Of a stretch of 41,126 nt of DNA, positions 21,220-30,529 are shown in pieces. The stretch lies in IMG/VR virus record IMGVR_UViG_2706794694_000014, one strand, 5' to 3'. Within the stretch, counting starts at the first letter, position 1; the number at the start of each line of letters is the position of its first letter. Source of the stretch: a virus. Its lineage: Duplodnaviria > Heunggongvirae > Uroviricota > Caudoviricetes. A program made the position numbers and the translations under genes. The notes under the pieces were generated by a model. It was not told the origin of the DNA. It worked only from the letters and a program-made list of their open reading frames with translations, and did no database searches.

Positions 21220-21437
21220 CAGAACCTCGCCAGCCGGTACCCGGGATGCCCCCGTCGTCGTGTAATCAGAGCCGCAAGGCGGCGCTCCCACTCCTGCCGT
21301 CCCTGCCGGATCTCAGATAAGTTTTCCATGGTCATCTGCTGACCATTAAAGGTGACGGATTTTCCGTCCAGCACCGCCATTTCAGCTTCCGTATAACGCT
21401 GAATCATGGCTTCAATATCATTCTGGTTCATAACCAT
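21219..21437 (-). CDS. W: Head-tail joining protein W-like
   Basis: 72-aa ORF between terminase large subunit and portal, ending ...RRRGHPGY like lambda W (..RRRGPAGF). Confidence 0.7.
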   Translation of the reverse strand: MVMNQNDIEAMIQRYTEAEMAVLDGKSVTFNGQQMTMENLSEIRQGRQEWERRLAALITRRRGHPGYRLARF

Positions 21438-23530
21438 CCTCCGGAAGTCAGCCAGGGGTTAACATCGTCAGTTACTGTTTTCTTCCGTTTTTGTTTTTTA
21501 ACAGGCGTGGATACCGGTTCCGGTGAGGGTGACGGTTCGGTACTGTCCGGGACACACTCCAGCCAGGTTTCCCGGCTCGCCCACTCCGGTGCATCCGGCC
21601 AGCGGATCTTTTCGTATCCATGCAGAATGACCAGAGCCTCGGCATACACCATCAGGTCAAAAGCTTCGTTGGCACCGCGACCCGGCTTACTCCATTTCCC
21701 GTCACTGCTCCGCTCTTCATACGTCAGTTCGTCGTAAAACCAGCTCCCCAGCCAGTCAGGGAAATGCACATAGCCGGGACCTGGCGAGTCACGCCATAAC
21801 GCGTTATTCACCCGGTCTTTCAGTGCATCCGTCTGAAGAAGCCAGAGCGGCACATCACCTGCGGCCTGCGCCCGTCGGCCCGTTCGTCCGGTGTTATCAG
21901 GGAATGTACGGGTGATCAGTTTTGCGCGCCGGATGCTGTCGCCCTTAAACAGGTAAATACGTTTACCAAGGCCATCACGACGGCAACGACGCCAGAATTT
22001 ATAGGCATTATCAGTGACCCCGTCTTCACCGCCGGAGTCCACCGCCATTGCCATCAGTCGCATTTGTTGAGAAGGATCGGAGGCCAGCGGCCAGCTTTTA
22101 TGAAAAACATCCGTCAGCAGGACATCCCAGTCTTCCGGATAGCTGGCCGGATCAATTCGCTGGCTCTCCCCGTCGCTGTCACCGCGCAATGACTGCGTGA
22201 TGTTGTAACGATCAATAATCCAGCGTTCGCCACGGCTGCCATAGCCCGTTACCTGAACCACAAAACGGCGATGACGTCCCGCCTGCACATCCACTGTCGC
22301 CACAAGGAAATTAACGCCATCCGGCACACTGCGGGAAGGAACTGGCTCTGCCCGCTGCTCAAGCAGTTCACTTTTTCGTTGCTCCATGCTGGCGCGGGGA
22401 AGATAAGGTAATCCCCAGTCGGTATTGATAACCGTCTTGAGTGTTTCTTCACTTCCGGTTGTCTCGTATTCCTGTTCTGCAGTAAGCAGTTTGTAAACGA
22501 GTTGCGAGAGTGTCTGGTAAGCAGCTGCCGGACCCTCCATCCAGAATGACGCAATACGTGAGCGTCGGGGATCACCATAACGACTGCCATCCGCATTGAT
22601 GGATTCACCATCCCGCAACCAGACCCCACGTCCGTTCAGCTCACGTTTGTGTTCAGGCATAATCCGTCCTGAACAGGAAGGACACTGAATATAAGCCGCC
22701 TCACTTGCCAGCACGGGATCGGCAATATCACGGAAACCAGCAACCACATCGCCGCAGGGCTGAAAATACTCACCACAGTGTGGACAGGGCCAGTACCAGC
22801 GACGGCGATCGCCACGGTTATAGAGCGACAGTATCCCCGTGGTTGGTGGAGCCTCATGCGGTGAAGTCCGTCGCCATTTCACATCCTTCACATCCCTGCC
22901 GGGGGAACTCTCCACAAGCGTCATACCACTGGACATAAATGTTGTGGTACGTTTTGAGGCAAGAGAGAAAGCATCCCCCTCGCCATCAATATCTTCCGGA
23001 AAACGGTCATAATCCGTCAGCGCGACGCATTTATAATCTGATGAGGACATGATATTGACTGACGGCCAGCCGATTTTCAGGTAGTTACCAGCAAGGAATG
23101 TTCTGTCATAAACGTTGTTGTCATTTTTGTTCGGACTCAGGCGACTGACCACTTCCGGGCTGACGCGAAACGTTCTGGCGAGTCGTTTTTTGGAGTGTTC
23201 GCGGGCTTTTTCCTCCGTCATCTGAATGATCAGCATATCAGCAGGATCGCAAATCACGTTGTAAATCACCCAGCCGTCAATCAGGCCGATAGTCTTGCCG
23301 GTTCGTGCCGGGCCAACAAATATCACTGCGTCGTATTCACGCGAGGCCAGGCAGTTCATCGGCTCAATAACATACGGTGCCACCAGCGGATCCCACGGGA
23401 CTGAGTTCCCTGCCCCCATGGGCACCCGCATATACTGAGCAACGGCATCAGCAACCCGCATTCGTCTCGGTGCGCGAAGGATATAACCTGAATCGGTTCG
23501 TGCTGCCTTTGCGGTTTCCTGATTCAGCAT
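21428..23530 (-). CDS. A: Terminase large subunit (lambda gpA family)
   Basis: 700 aa; Walker A-like VGPARTGKT; Cys cluster WPCPHCGEYF...CPSC as in lambda A. Confidence 0.9.
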   Translation of the reverse strand: MLNQETAKAARTDSGYILRAPRRMRVADAVAQYMRVPMGAGNSVPWDPLVAPYVIEPMNCLASREYDAVIFVGPARTGKTIGLIDGWVIYNVICDPADMLIIQMTEEKAREHSKKRLARTFRVSPEVVSRLSPNKNDNNVYDRTFLAGNYLKIGWPSVNIMSSSDYKCVALTDYDRFPEDIDGEGDAFSLASKRTTTFMSSGMTLVESSPGRDVKDVKWRRTSPHEAPPTTGILSLYNRGDRRRWYWPCPHCGEYFQPCGDVVAGFRDIADPVLASEAAYIQCPSCSGRIMPEHKRELNGRGVWLRDGESINADGSRYGDPRRSRIASFWMEGPAAAYQTLSQLVYKLLTAEQEYETTGSEETLKTVINTDWGLPYLPRASMEQRKSELLEQRAEPVPSRSVPDGVNFLVATVDVQAGRHRRFVVQVTGYGSRGERWIIDRYNITQSLRGDSDGESQRIDPASYPEDWDVLLTDVFHKSWPLASDPSQQMRLMAMAVDSGGEDGVTDNAYKFWRRCRRDGLGKRIYLFKGDSIRRAKLITRTFPDNTGRTGRRAQAAGDVPLWLLQTDALKDRVNNALWRDSPGPGYVHFPDWLGSWFYDELTYEERSSDGKWSKPGRGANEAFDLMVYAEALVILHGYEKIRWPDAPEWASRETWLECVPDSTEPSPSPEPVSTPVKKQKRKKTVTDDVNPWLTSGGWL

Positions 23531-24024
23531 TACTCCTCCTGCTGTAATTCCTCCTCATCATCCGCACCTGCTTCAGTCACCCGCAGGGCTATCTGATCGC
23601 GCAGATCATCAATAATGGACTGAACACGGCTCACAGCGGCAGGCTGCAGACCGCAGTCACGTTCCAGAATATCCGGTAATGTCTCCAGCACCTGCACGAC
23701 CGCTTTTGCCCAGATGGCAAACTCCCGTCTGACATCACTGGCCGGAATGAGTTGTGCCGTTTCCTGTTCGAACTTAAGACGCTCACGTTCAGACTGATAC
23801 CAGGCTTTGCGCTCATGCGCGTCCATTTCGCCTTCTGCAACCGGCGGTGGCAATGCCAGAAATGCCGACACAATATCAACCACCCGATAAAGCTTGAGGT
23901 TGCTTTCATGCCCCCCTGCAACGGGTAGATTTTGCAGCCTTGCCGCAGCAGTCTGGCGATGTACACCTGACAGTGCCGCCAGTTGACTGATATTCAGCGT
24001 CAGATTTTTTAACTCTCGATCCAT
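23530..24024 (-). CDS. Terminase small subunit (Nu1-like, HTH)
   Basis: 164-aa ORF immediately upstream of and overlapping the large subunit; N-terminal HTH-like LTLNISQLAALSGVHRQTAAARL; acidic C-terminus. Confidence 0.75.
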   Translation of the reverse strand: MDRELKNLTLNISQLAALSGVHRQTAAARLQNLPVAGGHESNLKLYRVVDIVSAFLALPPPVAEGEMDAHERKAWYQSERERLKFEQETAQLIPASDVRREFAIWAKAVVQVLETLPDILERDCGLQPAAVSRVQSIIDDLRDQIALRVTEAGADDEEELQQEE

Positions 24025-24185
24025 ACCCGCTCCAGAATGTTTTAAACATGCATCTCGCGAACAACTTTAGGCAAACGGTGTTAGTGATGAACAAAAAACA
24101 ATCAAAATCGACACCATAAAAACAAAACCACTGTAATATCAATCTATTACAGTGGTGGTGATGACGAATGAAATTTCAAAAACTA

Positions 24186-24212
24186 GCCTTTTTCCGCGAC
24201 GCTCCCGCCCCG
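24186..24212. other. Candidate cos site (cosN-like GGGCGGGAGCGT followed by CGCGG on the minus strand)
   Basis: Resembles lambda cosN GGGCGGCGACCT-CGCGG (8 of 12 plus the flanking CGCGG) and lies ~175 bp upstream of the terminase small subunit start. Confidence 0.3.
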
Positions 24213-24381
24213 TGGCAGGCCACTCCACCGGGAGGACCCGTCAGCCTGACAGACATGACGAACGTCTGATACAGCGCCTTGCATGAATGGCATCGGGATA
24301 ATCCAGAAAGGAATAGCATCGTGCCCACAAGAATCTGTGTGAGTATCCTGTTTCTTCCACCCCCGCACAGGACTGGCGAGC

Positions 24382-24558
24382 ATGAGGGACAAACCCGCGA
24401 ACCATAAACGCGGTAAAAACCCGGTGTGCATCGTTTTTGATTATTCCCGCACACTCTCGCAGAAGGAGTTCCCCGTCGGGCTACGGTCTCTGTTAATACG
24501 GGAATACGGCGACGATACAGCGCATGATGTGTCAGGCTTGAATACCTTTATCCGTTAA
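24382..24558 (+). CDS. Small hypothetical ORF (58 aa) followed by a hairpin terminator
   Basis: ATG...TAA ORF MRDKPANHKRGKNPVCIVFDYSRTLSQKEF...; hairpin gccact-ctgtaggg-agtggc + tttt about 50 nt downstream; weak RBS. Confidence 0.25.
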   Translation: MRDKPANHKRGKNPVCIVFDYSRTLSQKEFPVGLRSLLIREYGDDTAHDVSGLNTFIR

Positions 24559-24839
24559 AAGGGATATCAGTTAAGTTATCCCGTGTAGGGTATAAGCCAT
24601 TATCAAAGCCACTCTGTAGGGAGTGGCTTTTGTAATGGCAATAAAAAGCCCCGCGAATGCGAGGCTAAATCCAGGTATTTTTAATGACTGGCTCTTATTT
24701 CAACGCAGCCCCTTACCGCGCGCCAGATGCTCAACTTCAAGCATCAGCAATGAGATGTTTAATCTGGATTCACTCCAGAAGTGATCACCACCCTGTCTAC
24801 AGAGCCAAATGTGAAGGATGATGAGTAAAATTATCGCTA

Positions 24840-25322
24840 TCATCGAAGGCATTGCGTCCTGATATATTCCTGAAGCGTTCTCAGTGCTGTCTGGTCTCTG
24901 ATGATTCCGTCCCGGATACCGAGAACGTTTCGTCCAGCAACTGGAGAGAGTTCGACGGTGGCATCATTGCCCATGCCGGAGGCGCTGGAGGTTTCGGCTG
25001 AGGATGGCACAGAGCATTTTCCTTTGACGAGCACCCGACCACCATTATCAAGCTTGCGCCGAAGAGCATCATTTTCAGCTTTCGCATCAGCCAACTCCTT
25101 CGTGTATTTAGCATCGAGTACATCAGCAGCACGCTGGCGTTGCTGCATGTCAGTAATGGTGGCGGTCGCCTGCTTCAGCTCACTGACTTTTTTATCACGC
25201 TGTTCTTTGTAGGCGATGGCGTTATCACGGTAATGATTGACCGCCCACGACAGGCAGACGATGATGCAGATAACCAGAGCATAAATAATCGCGGCGACTC
25301 TGCTCACTGATCTATCCCCCAA
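24840..25322 (-). CDS. Rz: Spanin inner-membrane subunit Rz (i-spanin)
   Basis: N-terminal [37 protein letters not shown]..., coiled-coil, ...LQEYIRTQC. Confidence 0.9.
   Translation of the reverse strand: MGDRSVSRVAAIIYALVICIIVCLSWAVNHYRDNAIAYKEQRDKKVSELKQATATITDMQQRQRAADVLDAKYTKELADAKAENDALRRKLDNGGRVLVKGKCSVPSSAETSSASGMGNDATVELSPVAGRNVLGIRDGIIRDQTALRTLQEYIRTQCLR
24881..25087 (-). CDS. Rz1: Spanin outer-membrane lipoprotein Rz1 (o-spanin), embedded in Rz in another frame
   Basis: [21 protein letters not shown] lipobox followed by a Pro-rich segment [16 protein letters not shown]. Confidence 0.85.
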   Translation of the reverse strand: MRKLKMMLFGASLIMVVGCSSKENALCHPQPKPPAPPAWAMMPPSNSLQLLDETFSVSGTESSETRQH

Positions 25323-25837
25323 CAGGCTAATGCGCTTTCCTGGTCACGACGAATAACCTGTCCATAGCAGTTATTTGAACGTATGCGGCAATCGCGCCCA
25401 CCATCTTTTATCCACCAGCGAATCGCCTCGCATGCACCTTTACGATCACCAGCATTCAGCCGCTTATAAAACGTCGACGGAAAACACTTACCGGGGCCAA
25501 TGTTATAGGGACAAAATGACGCGATACCCGCTTTTTGTGGCTCGGTCAGTGGTACTTTAATATTGCGCTCCACCCATGCCAGCGCCTTATCACGCTCAAT
25601 GGCGTTGACCTGGTCGCATTTTTCCTTCGACAGTTTCATACCGGGAAAAACGGGTTTTCCATCCACCATCGTGGCACCCCGACAGATGGTCCAGATGCCG
25701 GACCCATCGCGGTATGCCGTTGTGTGGTTACCTTCTTTTTCATCCAGAAACTGGTCGAGAATATCAGGCGCGGGCGCACCGACGGCAATCAGTGCCAGAA
25801 CGGCAGCCGACAGGCCGTATCTGATTTTTGCGTTCAT
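25304..25837 (-). CDS. R: Endolysin, GH24 lysozyme with N-terminal signal-anchor-release (SAR)-type segment
   Basis: [24 protein letters not shown]... then E-x8-D-x5-T catalytic motif ([16 protein letters not shown]); resembles E. coli RrrD. Confidence 0.9.
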   Translation of the reverse strand: MNAKIRYGLSAAVLALIAVGAPAPDILDQFLDEKEGNHTTAYRDGSGIWTICRGATMVDGKPVFPGMKLSKEKCDQVNAIERDKALAWVERNIKVPLTEPQKAGIASFCPYNIGPGKCFPSTFYKRLNAGDRKGACEAIRWWIKDGGRDCRIRSNNCYGQVIRRDQESALACWGIDQ

Positions 25838-25982
25838 GGATATTTATCAGGATTTATCGGTTTCTGCCCACGGACAGGTTTATCTGTTCCGGTCAGTGAC
25901 TTAAGGTTGTGATTCCGGAGGAGTCTTCAGAGAACCAGTAATTCTTCCTGGTAGCTTTCCTTTGTAGGTTATCCAAACATTC

Positions 25983-26292
25983 NNNNNNNNNNNNNNNNNN
26001 NNNNNNNNNNNNNNNNNNNNNNNNNNNNNNNNNNNNNNNNNNNNNNNNNNNNNNNNNNNNNNNNNNNNNNNNNNNNNNNNNNNNNNNNNNNNNNNNNNNN
26101 NNNNNNNNNNNNNNNNNNNNNNNNNNNNNNNNNNNNNNNNNNNNNNNNNNNNNNNNNNNNNNNNNNNNNNNNNNNNNNNNNNNNNNNNNNNNNNNNNNNN
26201 NNNNNNNNNNNNNNNNNNNNNNNNNNNNNNNNNNNNNNNNNNNNNNNNNNNNNNNNNNNNNNNNNNNNNNNNNNNNNNNNNNNNNNNNNNNN
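25983..26292. other. N-run (310 nt) removing most of the holin gene
   Basis: Run of n characters. Confidence 0.99.
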
Positions 26293-26364
26293 AAACCAGT
26301 ACCCGGCACTACCTGCTGAGGTGCCATAGGCGACACCCGTTGTTAACTTATCCATGGATTTCAT
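26293..26364 (-). CDS. S: Holin, N-terminal fragment only (phage-21 S / EssD-like pinholin with dual start MKSMDK)
   Basis: [24 protein letters not shown] then Ns; two in-frame starts (M1, M4); GGTGGGG RBS. Confidence 0.7.
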
Positions 26365-26431
26365 AACCCCACCTCGCAGATGCGGGTGCTGTGTAATGGA
26401 AATAAAAAGGCCACCTGACGTGGCCACCAGA

Positions 26432-27484
26432 TTATTTCCCCACCAGCTCGTTTATCTCTTTCACTGTCTGATTAAACCGCTCTGACTCAAGCTCAACACC
26501 TAAGGCCCGACGCCCCAGCGCCATTGCTGCTTTTATTGTGGAACCGGATCCCATAAAAAAATCAGCAACCAGATCACCTGGTCGACTACTGGCATTGATT
26601 ATTTGCCTGAGCATATCCGCCGGTTTCTCACACGGATGTTTCCCCGGGTAGAACTGAACGGGTTTATGCATCCAGACATCGGTATAAGGCACGGAGACTG
26701 ATACGGAGAAATAGCGCCGGAGAGATTTAAACTCATCCAGCAATTCAGAATATTTACGATTCAGTGAATCATAAGATGCCACCAGCTGGTGGTGTGGTTG
26801 TTCCAGTTGTTGTTCCTGAAACTTCTCTGCCGCTATACGGGAAAACAGTGCCTGTAACTTCCGATAGTCAGCCTCATTCGGCAACTGCCACTGACTGGCA
26901 CCAAACCAGTGGGAAACCATATTTTTCTTACCTGTGGCTTCGGCAATTTGTTTTGCCGTTATACCCAGTTCGGCACGAGCATCCCTGAAATACGATATCA
27001 GCGGTGCCATTATGTGCTGTTTGAGTTCCCTTTCTTTTGCCGCATAGCCGTCACTTTTGCCGCGATATGGCCCCTGGTAATGTTCAGCAAACAGAACGCG
27101 CTCTGTGGCAGGAAAATATGCGCGCAGACTTTCTTTATTACACCCATTCCAACGTCCGGACGGCTTCGCCCAGATGATATGGTTAAGCACGTTGAAACGT
27201 TCACGCATCATGATCTCAATATCAGATGCCAGGCGATGCCCACAGAACAGGTAAAGGCTTCCGGCAGGTTTCAACACCCGCCAGAACTGGGCCAGACAGT
27301 GGTCCAGCCACTTAAGGTAATCTTCGTCCCCTTTCCACTGATTGTCCCAACCGTTGGGTTTCACCTTGAAGTAAGGCGGATCGGTAACAATCAGGTCAAT
27401 GGAATCATCAGGCAGGGACTGAATAAAATGCAGGCAATCAGCGTTGATTAAATCAACACTGTTTATTTTTACAGTATTTTTCAT
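26432..27484 (-). CDS. DNA methyltransferase (N6-adenine/N4-cytosine, beta class), orphan
   Basis: IVTDPPYF (motif IV) near the N-terminus; no adjacent restriction endonuclease. Confidence 0.8.
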
Positions 27485-27634
27485 GGATCAGTAAGCGTAA
27501 CTCTGGTAGGCTCACTCTGCTTTTGCGCTAAAGCAGTGGGCCGTGGTTCGCTTGTGACCAGTAAGCATGAGCGAATGGCTGGCAGGTGCTACCAACACCC
27601 ACCAGCCGCCCATTTTCACAGCAGGAAACCGCCA

Positions 27635-27862
27635 TTACTGGCAGCGTCTGAATTTATTCCCGTACCCGCCGTTATCCTTCGCCAGACCCGCCAGAACTAA
27701 CTGAGTCAGTATTAACTGGCACCGGGCTTCGCTTACTCCGGTAGTTCTCGTCATCATGCGTGGCGTTACCCACTTGTCAGCAGGTAAGAAATGAAGGACT
27801 GCGGCGGCGGTTTCTGTCATATCTTGCTGTTTTAGCATGTCTTTTTCCCTTCTGGTTAACAT
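27635..27862 (-). CDS. Hypothetical small protein (possible winged-helix DNA-binding)
   Basis: 75-aa ORF between the moron and the MTase; start codon uncertain. Confidence 0.35.
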   Translation of the reverse strand: MLTRREKDMLKQQDMTETAAAVLHFLPADKWVTPRMMTRTTGVSEARCQLILTQLVLAGLAKDNGGYGNKFRRCQ

Positions 27863-27959
27863 GACATACCAATAACTCTTGTCTAAAAAGCCAGCAAGAT
27901 AAAAAGTCAGTATTCACGACCACCAGCGTGTTTACTGTACTGCACCAAGTTTACGGGTA

Positions 27960-27988
27960 CAAAAAACCCGCTCAGTGGCGGGTTGCTA
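27960..27988 (-). terminator. Rho-independent terminator downstream of the lipoprotein moron
   Basis: Minus strand aacccgcc-actga-gcgggtt followed by ttttttg. Confidence 0.65.
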
Positions 27989-28061
27989 TCACAGCTATAT
28001 ATTTACTTATTATGCCGTTACTAACATTTATCTTCGACATATAATCGAAAACAAGGTTTGC

Positions 28062-28487
28062 TTAAAACTCTGCTTTCATTTTATCCGGGAATTTTTTATT
28101 TGCAGCATAATAACTACCAAGTACATAAGCGTTCATTTGCTGCTCTACATCAACCCGACATGCCGCACTAGAACAAGCTCCACTGATAAGCCCAAAAGAA
28201 CTCCCTTTAGCAGAGAGATCAGCTTTGATTTCCTCTACAGTGTTTTTCCCCATAGCAACTACACACCCTGTCACAATATATCTAGCTTTCACATCATCCA
28301 TGCTAAGGATAGTAGTTTTCGCAATTTTGCTGTATCCATCATTTTTATAAACATCCATGGCAAACGCACGGCAATCTGTATAATACGGACTTGCTTTAAC
28401 TTGCGAATACTCAGGTAATTTCATACCTGCACAACCAACTAAACAAAAACCTATCGCTGCTATTAATACCTTTTTCATTACAGTCAT
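28062..28487 (-). CDS. Moron lipoprotein (141 aa, signal peptide + lipobox), function unknown
   Basis: MKKVLIAAIGFCLVGCAG lipobox; AT-rich segment flanked by two near-identical hairpins; sits at the Q-to-lysis locus (position of stx in Stx phages). Confidence 0.7.
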   Translation of the reverse strand: MTVMKKVLIAAIGFCLVGCAGMKLPEYSQVKASPYYTDCRAFAMDVYKNDGYSKIAKTTILSMDDVKARYIVTGCVVAMGKNTVEEIKADLSAKGSSFGLISGACSSAACRVDVEQQMNAYVLGSYYAANKKFPDKMKAEF

Positions 28488-28633
28488 AACCTAGAAGCAT
28501 CATTGAAACTAATTTATTAAATAACCATCGAGTTTCTGGAATACAGACGTTAACCATCTCTCCAAAATCTAAAAGATAATAAGAAAAAATGTTTAACGCA
28601 CCAATCCATTTCATAGTTTCATGAGACATCAGG

Positions 28634-28664
28634 CACAAAAAACCCGCTCAGCGGCGGGTTTTTG
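28634..28664. terminator. Bidirectional rho-independent terminator (tR'-like) about 100 nt downstream of Q
   Basis: aaaaaacccgc-tcagc-ggcgggttttt, with A-run and T-run on either side. Confidence 0.7.
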
Positions 28665-28689
28665 ACATTTACCAACGGTAGACATACAA

Positions 28690-28730
28690 GGCCCATCGTT
28701 GAGAAAATCTTATCCATATTTTTTGAAAAA
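28690..28730 (-). promoter_or_regulatory. Candidate late promoter PR' (-35 TTGCAT, 17-nt spacer, -10 TAAGAT on minus strand)
   Basis: Sigma-70-like hexamers in the Q-proximal intergenic region upstream of the tR'-like hairpin. Confidence 0.3.
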
Positions 28731-28766
28731 TGCAAGTATCACGTCGACATCTTCGGCGAAAATTAT

Positions 28767-29519
28767 CTATCTTGTCACTTTTCTCAATTGCGATTCAGCA
28801 TACGCTTCTTCCTGCCAGCACTTTGTAACCAGTTTATTAATAACGTCTGCATATCCTTTGTACCACTGATAATCCGTCAGGTCCGGTACCAGTTTCTGGA
28901 CATGATGCCGCGCCAGTGTGGTTGGTAAACGGCTAAACCGGTTGCCATTGCAACGCCCACAAATCTTATAAACAGGCACACCATGAAGCCGGGTTCTTTT
29001 TTCATCCAGGACAATACCTTTACCCTTACACCCTCTGCACGCTGTGCTGACTTCTCCCTTACCATGGCAATGCTGACATAGTTCCTTCACCCACTCTTCC
29101 TTGATAACAGATTCCCCGCTTCTGGAGTGTTTCACCACTTCGCGCAATACATTATGAAATCCAGTACCAGCACAATGCTCACAGCGAGCCTTACTTGCCG
29201 CAGACCTGGAATAATCAGCAAAGGCAAAATTCACAAGGTAAGGGATGATCTGTAACCGGGTTTCTTCACTCAATTTGTTCAATGTCGGGTTATCCAGTGC
29301 CATCGCGTAATTGAGCAGACCTTCAATCGCAAATTGAGGATCCTGAACACCAACTTTTGCCAGGAATAAGGCAAACCCAAGCGGTGCTTTCGACTGCACC
29401 ATCCCCTGCGCAGCCATCACATCCGTAATCGTTAAACCACCTGAGCCTGTCGCCGGTGCGTCATCGCTCAATTTTGGAGATTTTGGGGAGTAATATTTTG
29501 GTAAGGCTTCAAGGTTCAT
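28767..29519 (-). CDS. Q: Late-gene antitermination protein Q (QuuD/phage-82-type)
   Basis: MNLEALPKYYSPKSPKLSDDAPATG...; Zn-finger Cys clusters CEHCAGTG, CQHCHGKGE, CRGCKGKG, CGRCNGNR; resembles E. coli QuuD. Confidence 0.9.
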   Translation of the reverse strand: MNLEALPKYYSPKSPKLSDDAPATGSGGLTITDVMAAQGMVQSKAPLGFALFLAKVGVQDPQFAIEGLLNYAMALDNPTLNKLSEETRLQIIPYLVNFAFADYSRSAASKARCEHCAGTGFHNVLREVVKHSRSGESVIKEEWVKELCQHCHGKGEVSTACRGCKGKGIVLDEKRTRLHGVPVYKICGRCNGNRFSRLPTTLARHHVQKLVPDLTDYQWYKGYADVINKLVTKCWQEEAYAESQLRKVTR

Positions 29520-29532
29520 GCTCGTTCTCCAC

Positions 29533-30528
29533 TTACGCCAATACGCCAATTGCCAGCGCACGATCGATAAAACGAAATATCAGCTCCAGCTGGGAGCCAT
29601 ACTTCTCTTCAAATGCCACGGTATCCGCATGCAGCTCGTCGTGATGCTTTCTGCACAAAGGCAACACAAAGAGGTCATGCGCTTTTGTACCCATTCCACC
29701 CTGACCGTGGCCTATCAGGTGGTGGGGATCATCAGCAGGCTTTCCACAACATGCACACGGCTGTGTCTTAACCCAGCGCGTGTACTTTTCATTAACCCAG
29801 CGGCGGCGTTTTGGGCGTAACATAAAAGACTCCGGCGACTCCGGATCCACTTTCAGCGCCAGCACCTTTTTTGCCTTATCCTGGATGATGCTGGTGGCAG
29901 GAACCGAAGGCACAAGGTCACTTTCCCGGGTGACAGACGGCACAACAGGCTTTGGTAATCTCAGTGCCTTACGGGCTGCACTTTCCGGTAAGGCATCCGC
30001 CAGGTCATTACGAATCAGCCACCAGCACAGTTCCGGCATTGTCACAACGTGACTATCATCAAAACCGAGATCCCGACGCACAACAGACAACACCCAGCGG
30101 GCACAGTTATCCGTTGCCATTGATTCCAGCCGTTCCGTGAACTGATCGCGCAGCTGGTTATCGCAGTGCCAGCACAGACGGATTGCGCCCGGAGCGTGTC
30201 GCATTGTGGTCATGTTCTCGCTGTGCCAGTCGGAATGAGGCCACTGGCAGCCTTTTTCACGAAGTAACCAGCTTTCAAGACATTCCACGCCACCAGCACG
30301 ACGGATCACTGCCTCATTGCGGAACACGGCCCGAACGGCAGGATCATCCGCCAGCGGTTGTGATGCCGCCGGAACGGCACCACTGGCGAAAGATGAATAA
30401 CGTTCCGGCTCAGGCTCCAGCAGAACACGCCCCTGCATAAACAGGGGCATCAGCTCTGAACCTGGCCTGAACAATACGATCCCCATACGCGGGGCAATTT
30501 CAGGGGTCAGTAGTGCTCTCACGGTCAC
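29533..30528 (-). CDS. DUF968-like protein with HNH-like His motif
   Basis: C-terminal CACCGKPADDPHHLIGHGQGGMGTKAHD...CRKHHDELH; typical nin-region position. Confidence 0.6.
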   Translation of the reverse strand: MTVRALLTPEIAPRMGIVLFRPGSELMPLFMQGRVLLEPEPERYSSFASGAVPAASQPLADDPAVRAVFRNEAVIRRAGGVECLESWLLREKGCQWPHSDWHSENMTTMRHAPGAIRLCWHCDNQLRDQFTERLESMATDNCARWVLSVVRRDLGFDDSHVVTMPELCWWLIRNDLADALPESAARKALRLPKPVVPSVTRESDLVPSVPATSIIQDKAKKVLALKVDPESPESFMLRPKRRRWVNEKYTRWVKTQPCACCGKPADDPHHLIGHGQGGMGTKAHDLFVLPLCRKHHDELHADTVAFEEKYGSQLELIFRFIDRALAIGVLA

Positions 30529-30529
30529 C

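Noticed and set aside
1342-26292. N-runs as genuine insertions or masked mobile elements
   Set aside because: Flanking codons in L are contiguous relative to lambda L, and the gap lengths do not fit the missing protein segments in lom or stf; more consistent with scaffolding gaps. Cannot be excluded without reads.
28411-28638. 75-aa minus-strand ORF upstream of the lipoprotein gene
   Set aside because: Overlaps the lipoprotein start and the tR'-like hairpin in an AT-rich region; no RBS; likely spurious.
27485-28766. Shiga toxin genes at the Q-to-lysis locus
   Set aside because: The locus is occupied by a lipoprotein moron and a small ORF; no A/B subunit-like ORFs present.
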